A stretch of DNA of 64,000 bases from Marsupella aquatica (Eukaryota; Plantae; Marchantiophyta). The stretch spans positions 5,459,241 through 5,523,240 of the forward strand of contig OZ316899.1 of assembly GCA_973895155.1 (NCBI GenBank), written 5' to 3'. Below the pieces are notes generated by a model. That model was not told the DNA's origin. It made no database searches and saw only the letters and a list, made by a program, of their open reading frames with translations. The translations under genes and the position numbers were made by a program. Positions 63,506-64,000 of this stretch are shown here, in pieces; positions within the stretch are counted from its first letter, which is position 1; each line of letters starts with the position of its first letter.

Positions 63506-64000
63506 ATGGTCGTTTCGGAACGGTAGTGTACGCGGACCTTTATCTGGCGTCTTAGTCTTCGCGGACCTTTCTTTGACCTTTGTCGGCTATAGCACTCACG
63601 GATGACGTTCTTACGGGAGGAGAGGTTACATATTAGATCGGGATCTTTGAAACATGGCGAGTCAGTATGAGCCAATGGATTGGGAGGCAGCTTTTCGTCC
63701 TTCTCGTGTGCGTCCGGAAGAGAGCCATTTTAGCTCTTTTGAATCGCGGATGGAGACTGAAGAAACTGAAACTTCCACTTTTTGGAACCGTCATGCTCTC
63801 CGTATGATGAGGCTATTAGTCCTGGAGAGAAGAACATCCCTTGGATTGTCGATTCCCCTGCGCCTCCGTTCTCTAGTCGGTTTTCGTCTCACCCGGGAGT
63901 TCTTGTTGATGGGGTACTCCCAATCGATCGAAGAGTACAAGAAATGTTCGGGCGAGTTGATTTTAAGGACAGTAATATTCCTAATGAACATTTTACGAGG

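Overview
Eukaryotic (most likely non-seed land-plant; inference) heterochromatic region made almost entirely of nested, partly decayed transposable elements; no intact host gene, RNA gene or CRISPR array is evident. Left to right: (1) a full-length Ty1/copia, Bianca-like, at 1196-7462. (2) A deleted copia inside a MITE at 8327-10795. (3) A 13-kb Sola-like DNA transposon at 11495-24487 carrying a transposase, a divergently transcribed ParB/Srx-like + amino-methyltransferase-fold gene and an FCP1-like phosphatase. (4) A Ty3/gypsy at ~30293-49712 (minus) whose polyprotein contains a C5 cytosine methyltransferase and a PHD finger, split by (5) an 11.5-kb Mutator-like element (MULE) at 35703-47192. 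(6) A SET-domain plus CACTA-like transposase fragment at ~51-53 kb. (7) A second, diverged MULE from 53410 to >63000. The most notable observation is that two unrelated DNA-transposon superfamilies each carry a ParB-like + DNA-MTase-fold gene head-to-head with the transposase. Each also has its own palindrome repeated many times, essentially only in its introns and intergenic DNA: TAGCGCC-N-GGCGCTA (~35 copies) in the MULE family and TTGGACTGGGA-NNN-TCCCAGTCCAA in the Sola element. This suggests a parS/ParB-like or VANC-like transposon self-recognition (anti-silencing) system. All domain calls are by eye from motifs, not from database searches.
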